NCBI GenBank assembly: GCA_010909165.1
Contig: VJWM01000019.1
Span: 930,001 to 994,000, forward strand
Length of the DNA stretch: 64,000 nucleotides
Direction of reading: 5' to 3'
Source: Anthoceros angustus
Lineage: Eukaryota > Plantae > Anthocerotophyta
This document shows positions 27,201-39,208 of the stretch, one piece after another. The notes under the pieces were generated by a model. It did no database searches and was not told where the DNA came from. It saw only the letters and a program-made list of their open reading frames with translations. Position numbers and translations under genes: made by a program. Every line of letters starts with the position of its first letter. Positions within the stretch are counted from its first letter, which is position 1.

Positions 27201-27950
27201 GTTGCGTTTCACTGCATCAGATATGCTGGCGGTTGCCAACGACTGCAGTGGATGGATGATCCCATTCCGCACTAGGAGTTGCCATTTGATTTCCACTCGC
27301 AGATGCCATGCTAGGGGCCTTCCTCTGCATGCCCTTTCGATGTAAGCAATGCATCATCCGCACACCTTCTAAACATTGCTGGTGCAAAGCCTTGTGGAAG
27401 ACACGATGTCCATCACCGTGTCGCAATGCCTCCAAAAGCTCTTGCCTTTTCCGCTCCGGTTGGCACGCCACAATGTCAAAGTTCTTCACCGCAAAGATCA
27501 GTATACTCTAATCCATTGCGGGTCCAAGAAGAGGCTCCTTGTGCTTGAGCGGATCGAATATGACGACACCGCTCATCCTTCGTGATCGATCGCGTGAAAA
27601 CAATCGCTCGCACATTTCTTTTGGTGTGGTTCGCATCATCCTCCATCGACACATACAAGAAGAGCAAGTCTTGATTGGGTCGTTGCACCGTCCAACTTCT
27701 CTTTGTAATGTCAAATGGCGAGATCATCTTGTACATCCGTGGATCAAGTCAATATCGGACCGCTTGTAAGGACTCGGAAAGATGCCTTGGTCGGGGATGC
27801 TCTTGTGGAAAGACCCGCATCGTGGCGCAGCTTTGAGTTGTCCTTGGAGTCCGGCTGGGTCCGGGCTCCGCCTGCTCAAGGCCCGTGAGTCTGCTCTTCG
27901 CGCCTTTTTTCTCCACCGAGGCCCCGCGATTTGTTGGAGTCATTCTTCCG
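24240..27950 (-). pseudogene. ParB/Srx-like (GGNH) domain protein 1, N-terminal part of the ParB-methyltransferase gene
   Basis: VRKLDLAWVEALMQKM..VLPMIVIVDP..KFYVLGGNHSFQAR..GLTNEEMR.VA.DHN..TFIDRVRY. It lies on the same strand directly upstream of the MTase domain. Block 24780-26200 is repeated at 26200-27620. Confidence 0.7.
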
Positions 27951-28018
27951 CTTGAGCCCTTGGAGGAGCCATTCGTATGCAACTATGAAAGAAGTGAGAT
28001 CACGAAGTGTTTAGATTG

Positions 28019-28450
28019 TTAAAAGTCGATACTGCATGAGCTGCAACTTCTCGAACACGGATGCTGGTGTGCGAGCGGGTTGATGCTCTGACGACTAGCC
28101 CACCCTGCACCCTCGAGAGCAAATTGCACGCGGCCGATGAGGAGGTCGAGGTCTCGACATCTGCATGCCGCCCCGCCTCCGATGGACAAAGTGCGGGTGA
28201 TGTGAGCGACCGTTTTCTCCGGTCGCGCAATCTCTTGCTTTTCCGCCCACACATAAGCTAGATGGAAATACACATCTTCCCGCCAAAGCGAGAATGAATC
28301 TATACCATCCGAAAGGGGAAGGTGGGGTCGTGCCGTCATGAAGGAAGACACAGGCAAGGCGTGCTCGTAATCAAGCAACTCCTTAAATGCTTTGTCGCAT
28401 GACCGTGTTTTGCCATTGTCGGCTAATGTGGCAAATGCAATATTGAGCAT
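28019..28450 (-). CDS. Hypothetical protein, possibly a 5' exon of the ParB-MTase gene
   Basis: 143-aa ATG-started ORF just upstream of the ParB-like region and divergent from transposase 1. Confidence 0.3.
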   Translation of the reverse strand: MLNIAFATLADNGKTRSCDKAFKELLDYEHALPVSSFMTARPHLPLSDGIDSFSLWREDVYFHLAYVWAEKQEIARPEKTVAHITRTLSIGGGAACRCRDLDLLIGRVQFALEGAGWASRQSINPLAHQHPCSRSCSSCSIDF

Positions 28451-28787
28451 ATTCTAAGGTATATGCTAGTTATGCCACGGCTAAAATAGTGTTCAGCGGT
28501 GGCATAACGATGGGCACCTAGAGTGATTCAGCATCCACCGACTAGCAGCTGTACACAGCCGCCGTTTCCTACCAGCCGCAAAGTGGGCACCTCGACTTCA
28601 TTGCCAGCATTTAGTGCGAAGGCTTATTTCGGCACGGAAGCCCGCGAATTGTATCGAGTCTTGCGCATCCACTTCTCATCCACCTTGCGCATCCCCTCCT
28701 CCTCCCGGACGCCACGCCTCCGTGAGAGCAATGGCCAACGACAGCAGACGGCGTGTTCGATTTTGCAAATTTCGCCGCGGTCGATGC

Positions 28788-31700
28788 ATGTCATTCCGAA
28801 CGGGTGGCCATGAGTCCGACGACTCAATTGTTGATCTCGCGATGATGCACAACCCGCGTCGTAGTTTTAGAGGATGATTCACAGGCTATGGCGGCCGCGT
28901 CGACAGGCATAGTCCTTGAAGAGACACTGGTGAAAGCAGACTTCACAACGGTGGAGAGCGGCGATGTGCGTGTTCCGATATGGAGGGGGAACGGAGGATA
29001 TGGTTGCCGATGGGGACCTTTTTTCCAGACGATCCTGCAATGCGTGAGGCGGAGAGGATCGCACAAGAGGAGCTCGTGCGCTTAACCGGATGTCCGGTGC
29101 TCGACGCAGACGCCGCGACGCAGGGCCCGACCGTGTGCCACCACGAGAGGCAGGACCGCACCATCCATCCGGACTTCTTCGATCACCATGGGCGCATCGC
29201 GAAGATGTACCTCCGGCGACGGGCGTAAACCGGATAACACCTGGACGCCCTGCCGGCGACAAGGTCGGCCTCCAGCGGATGTTGTGGGCGGGTCCCAGGA
29301 ATACTATCGAGAATGTGCTACACCTGTGAACACCGGGCAAGACTCGATGGAGAGTGTTGCGAGTCTCCGGACTTTGGTGAGAAGATCCATGATTGTTGAT
29401 TTTGGGCTTGGCTTGGAAACAATATCGCACGCGGGTGATGGCGGAGTTGCAAGTACCGGGAGTCGCCCAAGAGCTAATGTGGTCCGTGGTCCCGGATCTT
29501 TGTTTGGTGATTGTGATGCCATCCAGCTTGGAGTTGCTCGAGATGATGCCTCGCGCACATCCGGCCAAAGGTGAGGATCTGCGTGCAACGAGCGCACGAC
29601 GCTGCGTAAAGTACCTCCGGCCGAGCTAGAATGGATTTGGTCTTAGAGAAGCATTGTTCCAGGCCAAGTTGTGCGCCGATTTAAAGCGGCATTGTTGTGA
29701 CAAAAATGTTTAGAGCGTGTTGGCCATTCAAATTGAAGGTGATTCGTAGCATTCTTCCGCATGACAAAAGGAGAGCAGAACAGCATTTGCAAGACCATCG
29801 GATCCGATCAAGACGAAGAGGAGTTGTTGCCCATAGTATGGATAAACCGGATTCCACATGGGAAGAAAGTGTGTGTGAGGGCTTTCATCGGGTTTTCGCA
29901 TTGGGTCACTAAGATACAAGAATGCAAACCAGGGTAGTGAAAAATGTTAGATGGACCGTAGGCTACGGTCTCGCAAAGCAGCCAACGCCATATGGATTAC
30001 ACGTCATGTGGATGGACGTTTTCTTCAAAGGTCGGCGGAAAGATCGCCGAATCGGAAGTCTTCAACTTGCACTCAGACACGAAGAGGAGATCTTCATTGA
30101 GTATGCCGTGCAGCGTAATGCATTGTGCTCCACGCTTGTTACGCTACTTTTGCAAGCTTTGGATGAAGTATTTCGGTGTTAAAATACCACGTGCAACCGG
30201 TTTTCGATCTGCGGCATGCGATGACCTAAAGAGGAAAATAAAAGACGCAGGTCGGATCACGACAAGGTGAGATGGCGGTCCTTATTCCAGGTCACCGGAT
30301 GTCCGCACCGAACTTTGGCGCAACCCCATGGCCTCACACCCTTTTCTTGCGAATGAAGGCGGGGCTTGAAACAATAAACTGTGCACATTGTCGACGCCTT
30401 ATTGTTGCGTGCAGACAAGAATGTGGAGCCGAGTCCACAGAGAACAACAATGTAAGAGCGAAAATGGCGCACCGCACAAGTGCTTGGGCGGCTAAGTTCA
30501 TTGGTATTGCCATAGATGGTATGGACCAAAACAGAGTTGCCCCATTACCGCAGAGATTGCCAAAGACGGTTGATTCCGGAGCCCTTGTCGGGCTTCACGT
30601 TCTAGGTGTGCTGGTGTTCAACTACTTGGTGCGCACAGTGTATTTGAGTTTCGAATGTGAGAAATGATCCGAATGGAATCTGAGCCGTGATTCAAGATGT
30701 TATCAATACAGGAGGGCCGCCCCTATTCTATACTTGCGGATGGACAACACGCTCAAAACAAGAATCGGAGGTATTGGCATATCTCCATGCTTGTGGCGAA
30801 AGGTATCTTCAAAAATCAAGGTGGGGTTTCTTCTTGTTGGCCATACCCACGATCGATTGACCAAATGTTTTCGAGGTTCTCGGTTGTGCTAGGGTTGAAG
30901 GATGCTTTCACATTGCCGAAATGATAGGGTTGCCGGAGCGGGCGACACCCCATCACCGCAGATTCACATAAAGGTGCCGACTTCAAGACCTATCTATGGC
31001 GAAGGGGATCGCGCAACGTATGACTTGCATAATCACGATTTTCAACACGTTCAAAATAACAAGGAGAAGCTGCTATCGAGAGGACGTGGTGCTAAGATGC
31101 AAGGAGTTTTCAAGTTCTGATCACTGGTCACCGGAGGGTGGTGTGCAGCTATTACGTTCAGGGGTGCCACCACGGGTGATTGTGGCACTCCATTGTTGCC
31201 GTTGGTCCCATCACATGCCCAAGGTAAAGGAAAGGGACAAGCAAAGCGGAAGGATGCCTCGATGCCCCCGATGATGGTAGTGGTAGTGTAGTGGCGGAGT
31301 CCATGAAGTAAAAGCGGGCCTAGAACGCACGGCGACATATGAATGTGGAGCAACTAGCATGGTGGGATACGTTGGGATGAGCAGTAGCAATAGCCAGAGA
31401 CTAGCGGTGGCATTCCATTCCGTTGGAGACAGAATGGTCTTGGTACACTCGCGATGAAGAAAACGAGGTACCACCTGTAGACCCTCCAGACTCAACTTTG
31501 GTTGATCCTGCAATGGCCAGACGGATTTTTGGACATGGTCGGGAGGTGTACACAGGGGCACATCGAAGTGCGGAGGGGAGGGCAAGGGCAGAGGCTCAGG
31601 TCAGAGGTTGTGTGAAGGAGATTGAGGAGGGAATGATGGTTGCTGTCCAAGCTGGGGATGATCCAGAGGGCAGACCATTCTGGCTCGCAAAAGTGGTGGA

Positions 31701-32100
31701 GGTGGACCATGATGCTGGGGTCCCTTTCATGATAGTTCATTGGTGGCGGACAGAGAACAATGATGCATTCGAGGGAAGGTACATGGAGGAGTTTGTGATA
31801 CGGAAGCGCCCACCAGGTCGAGGGAAAAAAGTGCGGCGATCAAAGAATGGAGGCAGAGGGCGTCAGGAGAAGCATTTGCAAAGCCTCAACTTCCGAGACA
31901 ATGTGCTGGCCTATGATTTCACCGACAAGGAACAAGACGCTGAGAGGACAAATGAAGCGATAAAGACCAAAGTCTTTGAGTTGCGGTCGAGCCGCCGATG
32001 AACCGGCGAGACTTCCGCCACCGACACGAATGTCATGCCCAAGACATGATTGACTCGGAAGACCTCGACAATGTGGAATCAACGGATGAGTCCACGACGT
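28788..32100 (+). pseudogene. Sola-type (DDD) transposase 1 with C-terminal beta-barrel-like domain; frameshifted; intron 30267-30414
   Basis: FCKLWMKYFGVKIPR..CDDL, then GIAIDGMDQ (~30501-30530), MDN..KNKN (~30740-30765) and VGFLLVGHTHDxIDQMFSRF (~30820-30880). The tail reads GMMVAVQAGDDPEGRPFWLAKVVEV..IVHWW. Confidence 0.8.
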
Positions 32101-32594
32101 GGTGGTGGACCACCGGATGGTCCGGACTGGAGAGGAGCCGAGAGAGGCAACCTAATATTGTCAACTTTCCGCCTTGTACCAGACCGTTATGTCCCCTCGG
32201 GCTTGAATGCGTGGATTGTTTTCGTCTTTTCGGAAAGGTTTAACTTGCCATGGCATCATCTGTTGTAGGAAGTTGACGGTGTGATAATGTCCGAGCATGT
32301 AACGGCGACTATGTCGAAACCGATCCAGCAATGTGGTGCTCTAATTTTCTAACAATGTTCGTGGTTTTGTCCAGTTGAGAGTAGCAGCGCGAGGTTTCAA
32401 TGGTGATCATGCAGGTCATCTATGTTCTGACCTTGCAGTGTGGCGAAGTGTTCCCAGAGGATGGTCACAGCCACAGGATGTCCGTGGCAAGGTATGTATG
32501 AGCAAGTGCGCAATGTTTGTTTTTCGGTTCTAGTTCCGGGACCGCCTAATGACTATGGGGTGGAACGGACGGGGTCCAGCCTCAGCGGTGGCCA

Positions 32595-33330
32595 GTGAAC
32601 GGACGCACCAGTGAAACGGTGAGTACCAAGACGGGCTCAAAACGGCGTCTTCCTCCGCCTGCTTCACCGCCAGAGGTTGTCTTCCACCTCCTTTGTGGTT
32701 TGTGCACGCGCTCATCCCTCCTCGGCGGAGAGCCGCCCTCACGCCATGCTCCTCCACCTCCTTCCACCTCGACTGTCCGGGTTTTGCCTGTTGTTCCGCC
32801 TTCTCCTTACGTCCCATCCATCCATCCAACCTTCCTTGAACTAACCCCGCTTGCAGCCCTTCCGGATGAGGACTCGCAGAGGTGGCTACGAGTCACCACC
32901 TCGTATCACAAGGGAGGATGTGGAGGCAAAGCGAGAAGGCGGAGAAGGATGGAAGTTGCCCATCCAGGACTTGTGTGGAGGCCATTTGGGTCTCCAGGCG
33001 TGGTGGAAAGACGGTATGGTGGCCATCTCCTTCCATGCAGAGGTGGCGGTGGCATCGTAGATTTTCCAGATGCAGGGAGGTAGGAAAAGCCAAGGAAGAG
33101 GACTATAGGATAGCGAAGGAGGGGTTCCCGGAGGCGAAACGAAGGGTGCAGCAACTCCAGAGCCGCAGAGGAAGGAGGGGTGAAGGAAGAGCGAGGACTG
33201 TCCGGTCCCAAAGAATTGTTTAGAGCTTCCGTGACCTTGCATGCCGTGAGTCCATGCAACCACGCGAATGAAGGTTGCCGCAGAGGAGGCCGCCTGACCG
33301 AGCGGGAGTGGAAGTGAAGGAGGAGGTGTA
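32595..33330 (+). pseudogene. Orphan cargo ORF, unknown function
   Basis: Overlapping plus frames (LAALPDEDSQRWLRV; ITREDVEAKRE..WKLPIQDL; KAKEEDYRIAKEGFPEAKRR) look like one frameshifted ORF. Confidence 0.3.
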
Positions 33331-33859
33331 AGCACTTACCTCTACCTTTTCGCTTGAGTTGAGCATGGTTGTCGCCGCATGCACTAACGGGCTGTTCATT
33401 GTGGCGACAGTGATGGGGACACCCTTGGCAAACCGGAGGAGCACTTGGAGATAGGAGCGTGAAGTGGGTTACCTAGGTTTTTGCAAGCGATCAGACTAGA
33501 AGCGGGGGGAGGGGAAGAAAGGGAGGAGAGGGGGTTGGATGCTTCGTAGCTTTCTCGTGGCTTCACCGGGTCGAGTTGGGGACGCAATCACATGATTTTG
33601 TGTATGTCAAGTTTTAGCGTCGATGTGCAAGCCATGGTCCGCGCCAAGTGTGAAGCGGAAACGGGGTTTGAGTTTGGGGAATGCCTCGAGAATGTTTTGT
33701 CCGTCACGGACCGGCTATGAGCCAACGGTCAATGTCACATGGCATGGACTAGAGGGGCGGTTACATGAACTACACCATAGCGGTTTTCCAATACTTTATT
33801 AGCGAGAAATGTATTCATCAGATATACTTTGTACCTTGGGGATGTATATTTGAATAATA

Positions 33860-36800
33860 TTATTCCATGTATTTTACATGAATAACCCTAAGGCCCACAA
33901 ACAGTGAGCCCGCTAGTGATGCATTCATCCAATTGTGTAACATGACGGTGTACACTTTTCCATATGCCGCTTGTAAAGGTAGCTTTGGTCGTAATGTATC
34001 CCAAAAGTGACACCGATTGAAATAAAGCCTAAATAAATGTTCTAGTCCGCACGCCATAAATTTATAAGGATCTCTACTTTTCTCCCCGAATGCCTCTTTT
34101 GTTTAACCATGAGACATCGAGGTGTGGAAATATTGCCAATAAATTTCAAGTTTTGATGAAGTGGAATGGGTTTGGGTGTACAGTGCGTTGTATTTTTAGC
34201 AGCCGTTTCCCACAAACCCTCAAAATCAACGTTCCGAGTTTTCTTAAGTGCAAATTTTGATGACATATTTGGCCCGTCCCCGGAATGTGGAGTGTGTCAC
34301 TAGCCCTAAGGAGACCCTGTTAATTACCTTGCCCTCAAACGCCGTTTGGAATCTAGCGACAACTTTCGATTGGAGTCGAGGATACTCTGTCTCACCATCT
34401 CGAAAGATGAACACCCAAGGTGCTTGGCCATTGCCACACGAATGATATGCAACTTTTTCCGCAAAATAATCTCATCCGACATTCCCTTCAAATCGATGAG
34501 ACGGTGACCACTTTTTCGCTTGCAGATGAGCATTTGCCCGCCGCTGTTGGAATGCCTTGAAAGCAACGCCAGTCGCATCTCCTTTGGTTTCACAAACACC
34601 CCTTCTTTCGCTTCATGTCTTGATTGCCTTTGCGCTTCCCTTTGCTTTTCTTGCTCATACCAGCCACATGTTTTTTGCTCGGGCAATTCACAAGCCTCCC
34701 ACTTGAGAAGATCTTGTCAACATTGGTCCGACTTTCCTTCCAGCTATGCACAAGATGTGCGTTCTGTTGTCGACTTTGTTCTGTTTGTATGCATCATCTT
34801 CTCGTCCCTCATCGTCTTCGATCAGGCCCAAAACCTTGTATAAGTTGAACTTCCAAGTCATTGACATATGCACGCCATCTCGCTTCGCAATGAGCAGTTC
34901 ATCCCTGAGGTATCTAACTTGCTCAATAAAAGACATCTTCCGGCGTTTATCCGACATTGTGTTGTGATCTGTTGCCAGTACCCTCATCTCTTGTAAAGTA
35001 AGCCCACAATATACATGAGCCTCTATCCACTTGAATCGCTCTTTGAGCGAAATGTCCGGATGTTGCATAGCAACAAATGTGTGATTGCCTCCCAAAACGC
35101 CCATTACATACTTCTTTACAATTTCTTCCAGTCCAAGTCTTCTGGATCATCACACTCCTTTGGGTCGATCATACATAGGAGCGGCAATACGCCCTCTTCC
35201 ACTCGTCCCTTTCCAATAACGCGGGCCAAGTAATTGGACCATGCCTCATCCACCCGCCTTATCTGCATCCGGGTGAGGTGCAGGCGGGCTGAGATTCTCC
35301 AGCTTCACTAACACAGTTTCGGGCACAACCTTCTTTGCATACGCTGCATCCCGAATGCTGGTTAGATAGTCCTCATCGTGAAAAGAAGATGCCAGCCTCT
35401 CCTCATCCGTTGAAAGATGAACTGTAGGTATGTCATCTTCACTGGGAGGAGCTAAACTCCTTTTCACCTTTTTGCGCAGTGAAACATCTACATCATCCTG
35501 CAGTTGACTCTGGTTTCCGCCATCTGCTTCTATGTTTCCTTTCCTCTTCCCACCTGCCCTGTTCACATCCGCGATGATAAGCTCGTTCCCGGAAGGTCTG
35601 TCTTCCTCTTCCATTCGGCTTGGGGATCTCCTTCTCGATGACTGTCCAGGCCCACTACCCCTTGTTTTCCCTGTAGGCGGTCTTCCAGTGCTTGGTCCCC
35701 AAAGCCCTGTCACCTACATCATCGGCGCGGACAGCTCCAACCATTGTGGACGGGTGCCGCCGAGGAAGATGAAGGGAGGGCGCATGCGGCGTCTGCCTCG
35801 TCCTCCACGTTCCACGTATATAAACGTGCGGCATGTGGGGTTGGCGGGCGGGACACTCAGGGGAGGACGCCGGCATGCGTCCTGCTCGTCCTCCACGTTC
35901 CACGGACATAAACGTGCCAGCATGTGGGGTTGGCGGGGGGAGGACACTCAGGCGAGGGGGCGCCATGCACGTCCTCCGAGGTCATATGCAACAGTAGGCA
36001 AGGCCACAGATGCTCCAGGCATAGCAAATTCTTGGTTTTCTTCGGCTTCCTTGTCTTCGTCCTCTGCATCAGATTCCATATTTTTTCCCTCTTCGTCATC
36101 CGACTGCCCTTCCAGGGGTTTGTCATGCTCGTCTTCAGGTCCTAGTTCTTCATCTTCCGAGCTACCTGTTGCATCGTTTCCCATAATTCGAGGTAGCGCT
36201 GCTCTCGCCCGCCGCATGCTTTTCTCTCTCCGGTGGTCAATAACTGACTGCGTGATGAAACAACACAGTTGCTTGTAGAAAGCCCTCCCAGCCTGCACAA
36301 TTGCCAAAGTTCGGGAATCACACCTTCAGAGCGAGAAAGGACCTGGAGGAGGTGCAGCAATTAAATCCAGATCACAGAATACTTACTTGTGGGTTGTTCA
36401 TACTCTCGTGAAATGCGGTCACCAACACCTCTGGTGTGCACTTATTCACCTTGAACATTCCGAGCGCCACCGTGAAAACCTTGAACTCATGAGGAACTGG
36501 TCGTATTTCATCTAATTCTTGGCTTCCTTCGCCCTCGCATCGATTCCATATTTTTTCCCTCTTCGTCATCCGACTGCCCTTCCAAGGGTTTGTCATGCTC
36601 GTCTTCAGGTCCTAGTTCTTCATCTTCCGAGCTACCTGTTGCATCGTTTCCCATAATTCGAGGTAGCGCTGCTCTCGCCCGCCGCATGCTTTTCTCTCTC
36701 TGGTGGTCAATAACTGACTGCGTGATGAAACAACACAGTTGCTTGTAGAAAGCCCTCCCAGCCTGCACAATTGCCAAAGTTCGGGAATCACACCTTCAGA

Positions 36801-37490
36801 GCAAGAAAGGACCTGGAGGAGGTGCAGCAATTAAATCCATCACTTACTTGTGGGTTGTTCATACTCGTGAAATGCGGTCACCAACACCTGTGTGCACTTA
36901 TTCACCTTGAACATTCCGAGCGCCACCGTGAAAACCTTGAACTCATGAGGAACGGTCGATTTCATCTAATTCGTGGCTTAGTTGTCAACAACATCTCAAA
37001 CTCCGGGTCCCCTTCGACATGTCCAAGGTAGCCTGACAACCCATCCGACTCTTGCTCTCGATTAGGCTGGTCCATATCCTGTACCCACAATTTCAAGAGC
37101 GGTGTCCACCGCTCGATCATCCAAATTTTTCCCGCTGAAGAAACCACTCCTTGTCCAGCAAACAATTGCATCATGAGAATTGGTGGTCTCCTCAACGCAT
37201 GGTTTCCTCCGGTTATAAAGCGGCAATGCGCTCTGGTTGCCCTTTCTTACGCCTTTTGATCCACCGCCTTCACCGCCGCCCGCTCCGGACTTTGTCGTGC
37301 TTGCTTTTGTGGAATTGCGGATGCGGTTTTCGATGCCCCGCGGTGTTTCTCCACCTGGACCCGATGCCACGCTGCCATCCTCGCCTTGGTCGACTTCTTC
37401 TTCCCTTTCTTACGCCTTGGGGCCACTTCGGGTCGCCAAGTCGTCGCCATGTCCTTCTTGCTCCGCAACTTCCTCCCGATGCCATGATAC
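33860..37490 (-). pseudogene. ParB/Srx-like (GGNH) domain protein 2, no methyltransferase motifs seen
   Basis: IRRVDEAWSNYLARVI..GVLPLLCMIDPKEC..VLGGNHTFVAMQ..AHVYCGLTLQEMRVLATDHN..SFIEQVRYLR (~34900-35270) aligns motif-for-motif with ParB-like 1. Acidic N-terminal region; 36070-36540 is duplicated. Confidence 0.7.
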
Positions 37491-39208
37491 CTGCATACGG
37501 CGGTGGAAAGCGGGCGGGTTAGATAAAGTGGAATTGTGCATGTAGACCGCGTAGTGGAAAGGAATAGGCAAGGCGGTGCGCACCTACTACCTGGCGCCGA
37601 GCGCGCAAAACGATGAAGGGAATTGGCCGGTGGCGCTCCCAATTCGACTGGCCTCTTTTGCGCCGCCGCAGCGTTCAAACAAGCGAGGCCGCTGTGAAGG
37701 TGTTTCGCGCTTGTGGCAGCGTCGAGCACTTGGGAACATAAACCCCTGTTTGAGCCGCGATTACCATATGAGTTGCCCCGGTCTCAATCGTTTGGCAGAG
37801 TACGCTGGTAAAATCCATGTAGATTTACCTTCATTTAAATTGATTCCTTGTTTCAAATCCAGTTTCTGTCTGAACTGGTGGCCTGCATGTCGTTGGGGAA
37901 AGGCGGCGCCCTTACTCTCCAATGAGTTCAAAGATTTCCGTTGCTGAGCATTTAAGTGGTGCATGCATCGCATTTGTCACCGCGTCTGACTCTTCTAGCT
38001 AAGACTCTACATATGTCACACGACTCTAAGTGAGCGGTAGTCGGGTTGGAGACTAGTGTGACCTCGAGTTCGAGTGCACCACGATGTTACACTTAACTCC
38101 ACAGCTACGCGTTTGAGGTGATCGCCGTTCAGGTTTGCAATTGTATAGGCTTTCAAATGTTCCTCCGGGTGACAATCGGCTTCCACCGGATTTTGTAGGG
38201 CGAGGAAAAGCGATCTTGTGTCGCAATTCGGAGGGACTTTGATGCTACTCGGAGAGGAACGCAATACCGCTTGAACGCTGGTGCAGGGTGTGTCGAAGTT
38301 TGTATCTGCGACACCGCAAACCCCGTGCAATGTGGACCATCGATGGTGTGTTTCGTCCTCTCGTCTACACTCAAGCGCACTTCATAGGGAACTGGAATTG
38401 TAGACAAACCATGTGGATGCTTGCGTCTTGAATCTGTTGAGATGACTTCTACAGAAGGAGGAGGCGACGCATCATCACCAAGACTTCCTCGGTGTGTTCC
38501 CCACACTCCAAGAAGCGTGAACCTCTATGCAGCTATGGAGCGGAGTCCGGGAAGTTCGAGGCATGGAGGAAGAGGACAAATACGATCGCCGACATTGCGC
38601 CGCCGGGGTTTGTTTGCAGCGGATGAAAGCAGGGTCAGCACGGCTCAACCTCGCGATGAATCACCGATTGCCGAACCGGTATCGGAAGAAGGGATGGGTA
38701 ATGAGAGATGCTCTTTCCACCCCAAGCCACTGAGTGAAACATTTGTAGCAGAACGATGTGTGGATTCGGTGATTCAAAAAAGGCGGGCATGTGGGGTTCC
38801 ATTGTCCAAAAGCGATAGCGGTAGTCGGGTTGGAGACTAGTGTGACCTCGAGTTCGAGTGCACCACGATGTTACACTTAACTCACACTGCGTTTGAGGTG
38901 ATCGCCGTTCAGGTTTGCAATTGTATAGGCTTTCAAATGTTCCTCCAGGCGATCGGCTTCCGGATTTTGTAGGGCGAGGAAAAGCGATCTTTGTCGCAAT
39001 TCGGAGGGACTTTGATGCTACTCGGAGAGGAAGCAATACCGCTTGAAGCAGTGCAGGGTGTGTCGAAGTTTGTATCTGCGACACCGCAAACCCCGTGCAA
39101 TGTGGACCATCGATGGTGTGTTTCGTCCTCTCGTCTACACTCAAGCGCACTTCATAGGGAACTGGAATTGTAGACAAACCATGTGGCTTGCGTCTTGAAT
39201 CTGTTGAG

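Noticed and set aside
19020-27950. Bacterial or phage contamination as the source of ParB and MTase
   Set aside because: The genes lie within TIR/TSD boundaries inside a plant gypsy element, next to intron-containing transposases.
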